Assembly (NCBI GenBank): GCA_964035545.1 | Contig: CAXIUT010000183.1 | Location: forward strand, 496,001 to 560,000 | Direction: 5' to 3' | Origin: Bugula neritina | Taxonomy: Eukaryota > Animalia > Bryozoa | DNA length: 64,000 nt | Shown: positions 61,301 to 64,000 of the stretch, in pieces | How the letters are laid out: every line of letters begins with the position of its first letter | How positions within the stretch are numbered: position 1 is the stretch's first letter | The notes under the pieces: generated by a model | What the model saw: only the letters and a program-made list of their open reading frames with translations | What the model was told of the DNA's origin: nothing | Databases searched by the model: none | Translations under genes and position numbers: made by a program

Positions 61301-64000
61301 CTGCAACACATTGAAATATACTGCAACATACTTAAATATACGGTAATATAGCGGAAAAAAACTGTAACAGATTTACAAATTCTGCAACATACTGAAATAT
61401 ACTGCGACACATTGCAATATACTGTAACATACTGAAATATGCTCTAGCACACTGAAATACACTGCAACCCACTGAAATATACTGCAACATACGGAAATAC
61501 ACTGCAACACATTGAAATACACTGCAACATACCAAAATAAATGGTAAACTACTGAAATATACTTTAACACATTGAAAAATACTGCAACATACTGAAATAT
61601 ACTGTAACACACTGAAATATACTGCAAAATACTGAAATACACTGTAACATATTGAAATACACTGCAACAAACTACAACATATTGAAATACACTGCAACGC
61701 ATTGAAAGACACTGCAACACATTGAAATATCCTGCAATATACCAATATATATGGTAAACTGCTGAAATATACTTTAACCCTTTGAAAAATACTGCAACAT
61801 ACTGAAATATACTGTAACACACTGAAATATACTGCAACATACTGCAACAATCTGAAATACACTGTAACATACTGAAATACACTGCAACAAACTACAACAT
61901 ATTGAAATACACTGCAACACATTGAAATATACTGCAACATACCTAAATATACGGTAATATACCGAAAAAAAACTGTAACAGATTGAAAAATTCTGCAACA
62001 TACTGAAATAAACTGCAACACACTGAAATACACCGCAAAATACTACAACATGCTGAAATACACTGTAACATATTGAAATACACTGCAACACTTTGAAATA
62101 TACTGCAACATACCGAAATATATGTTAAACTACTAAAATATACTGTAACACTTTGAAAAACAGTGTAACATACTGAAATATACTGCGACACTTTGCAGTG
62201 TACTGTAACATACTGAAATATGCTGTAGCACACTGAAATACACTGCAACTCACTGAAATATACTGCAACATATTGAAATACACTGCAACATCCTACAACA
62301 TGCTAAAATACACGGTAACATATTGAAATACAGTACAACACGTTGAAATATACTGCAACATACCAGAATACATGGTAAAGTACTGAAATATACTGTAACA
62401 CACTGAAAAATACTGCAACATACTGAAATATACTGCGACACATTGCAATATACTGCAACATACCAAAATATATGGTAAACTACTGAAATATACTTTAACA
62501 CATTGAAAAATACTGCAATATACTGAAATATACTGTAACACACTGAAATATACTGCAACATACTGAAATACACTGTAACATACTGAAATAAACTGCAACA
62601 TACCAAAATATATGGTAAACTACTGAAATATACTTTAACACATTGAAAAATCCTGCAACATACTAAAATATACTGTAACACACTGCAAGATACTGCAACA
62701 TACCGAAATACACTGTAACATAGTGAAACACACTGCAACATACTGCATTATACTGACATACACTGGAACATATTGAAATACACTGCAACATCCTACAACA
62801 TGCTGAAATGCGCTGTAACATATTGAAATACACTGCAACACATTGAAAAATACTGCAACATACCGAAATATATGGTAAACTATTGAATTATACTGTAACA
62901 CATTGAAAAATACTGGAACACACTGAAATATACTCTGACACAATGCAAAATACTGTAACATACTGAAATATGCTGTAGCACACTGAAATACACTGCAACT
63001 CACTGAAATATACTGCAACATACTGAAAAACACTGTAACATATTGAGACATACTGCAACATACTGCAACATACTGAAATACACTGTAACATCCTGAAATA
63101 CATTGCAAAATACTGCAACATATTGAAATACACTGTAACACATTGAAAAATACTGCAACATACTGAAATACACTGCAACCCACTGAAATACATCGCAAAA
63201 GACTACAACATACTGAAATACACTGTAACATATATTCAATACACTGCAACACATTGAAATATACTGCAACCTATAGAAATATATGGTAAACTACTGAAAT
63301 ATACTGTAACGCATTGAAAAATACTGCAACATACTGAAATATACTGTAACAAACTGAAATATACTGCAACATACTGAAATACACTGTAACATACTGAAAT
63401 AAACTGCAACATACTGAAGTACACTGCAACATCCTACAACATACTGAAATACAATGTAACATATTGAAACACACTGCAACACATTGAAATATACTGCCAT
63501 GTACCGAATTATATGGTGGACTACTGAAATATACTGTAACACATTGAAAAATACTGCAAGATACTGAAATATACTGCGACACATTGCAATATACTGTAAC
63601 ATACCGAAATATATGGTAAACTATTGAATTATACTGTAACACATTGAAAAATACTGCAACATACTGAAATATACTGTAACACACTGAAATATACTGCAAC
63701 ATACTGAAATACACTGTAACATATTGAAATACACTGCAACAAACTACAACATATTGAAATACACTGCAACGCATTGAAAGACACTGCAACACATTGAAAT
63801 ATACTGCAATATACCAATATATATGGTAAACTGCTGAAATATACTTTAACACATTGAAAAATACTGCAACATACTGAAATATACTGTAACACACTGAAAT
63901 ATACTGCAACATACTGCAACAATCTGAAATACACTGTAACATACTGAAATACACTGCAACAAACTACAACATATTGAAATACACTGCAACACATTGAAAT
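54884..64000. repeat. Macro-repeat, period 5244 bp; shortened derivative of the 6966-bp unit, second copy cut by the window end
   Basis: ORF offsets 55537/60781, 56088/61332, 57006/62250, 58027/63271 and 58385/63629. Confidence 0.93.

Larger units (their letters stand above)
1..64000. repeat. Satellite DNA array: 10-bp monomer CTGHAAYAYA arranged as a 20-bp A/B dimer (ACTGAAATAYACTGYAACAY), single orientation, open at both window ends
   Basis: Every 10-nt block in the listing is a variant of CTGAAATATA, CTGAAATACA, CTGCAACATA or CTGTAACACA. I saw no non-repeat sequence and no strand switch. Confidence 0.99.

Noticed and set aside
7-63994. Hundreds of minus-strand ORFs (62-447 aa), e.g. 20909-22252, 29557-30900 and 11250-12422
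   Set aside because: They overlap in all three frames, all translate the same 20-bp repeat, show no recognisable domain or codon-position structure, and are shifted by non-triplet indels. A stop-free repeat strand explains them.
1-64000. CRISPR-like reading, with the GGTAAACTACTGAAATATAC landmark as repeat and intervening DNA as spacers
   Set aside because: The intervening DNA is itself the same decamer repeat, varies from about 100 to over 400 bp and is not unique. There are no cas genes or leader.
1-64000. Telomeric repeat or CENP-B-box-bearing alpha-type satellite
   Set aside because: There is no G-rich TTAGGG-like unit, no TTCG...CGGG box and no ~171-bp monomer.
37920-64000. Macro-repeats as pure assembly artefacts
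   Set aside because: The copies differ by nested, consistent SNPs and junctions, which favours real duplications. Exact copy number still needs long-read confirmation.
1-64000. Assignment to a specific organism or named satellite family
   Set aside because: I cannot recognise the consensus with confidence, and no flanking unique sequence is present.

Overview
All 64,000 bp are one uninterrupted, head-to-tail, AT-rich satellite DNA array (about 30% GC from the consensus), most likely eukaryotic heterochromatin. I find no credible genes, RNA genes, mobile elements or CRISPR arrays. The array has four levels of organisation. (1) A 10-bp monomer, CTGHAAYAYA. (2) Alternation of two monomer types, A (CTGAAATAYA) and B (CTGYAACAYA), giving a 20-bp dimer. 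(3) A 250-bp unit of 25 decamers, marked by a (T/C)GGTAAACTA/CGGTAATATA landmark decamer and one B-B phase switch, plus shortened derivatives. (4) Recent kilobase-scale duplications with local periods of about 3402, 3895/4015, 3393, 8648/8800, 1173, 3584, 6966 and 5244 bp, read from recurring identical ORF translations and spot-checked in the sequence. The rearrangements I traced keep the 10-bp register, which shifts only at a few recurring 1-2 bp indel markers. The minus-strand ORFs are artefacts of a consensus with no stop codon on that strand. The interest here is satellite architecture and evolution; I cannot support a new protein-coding system.
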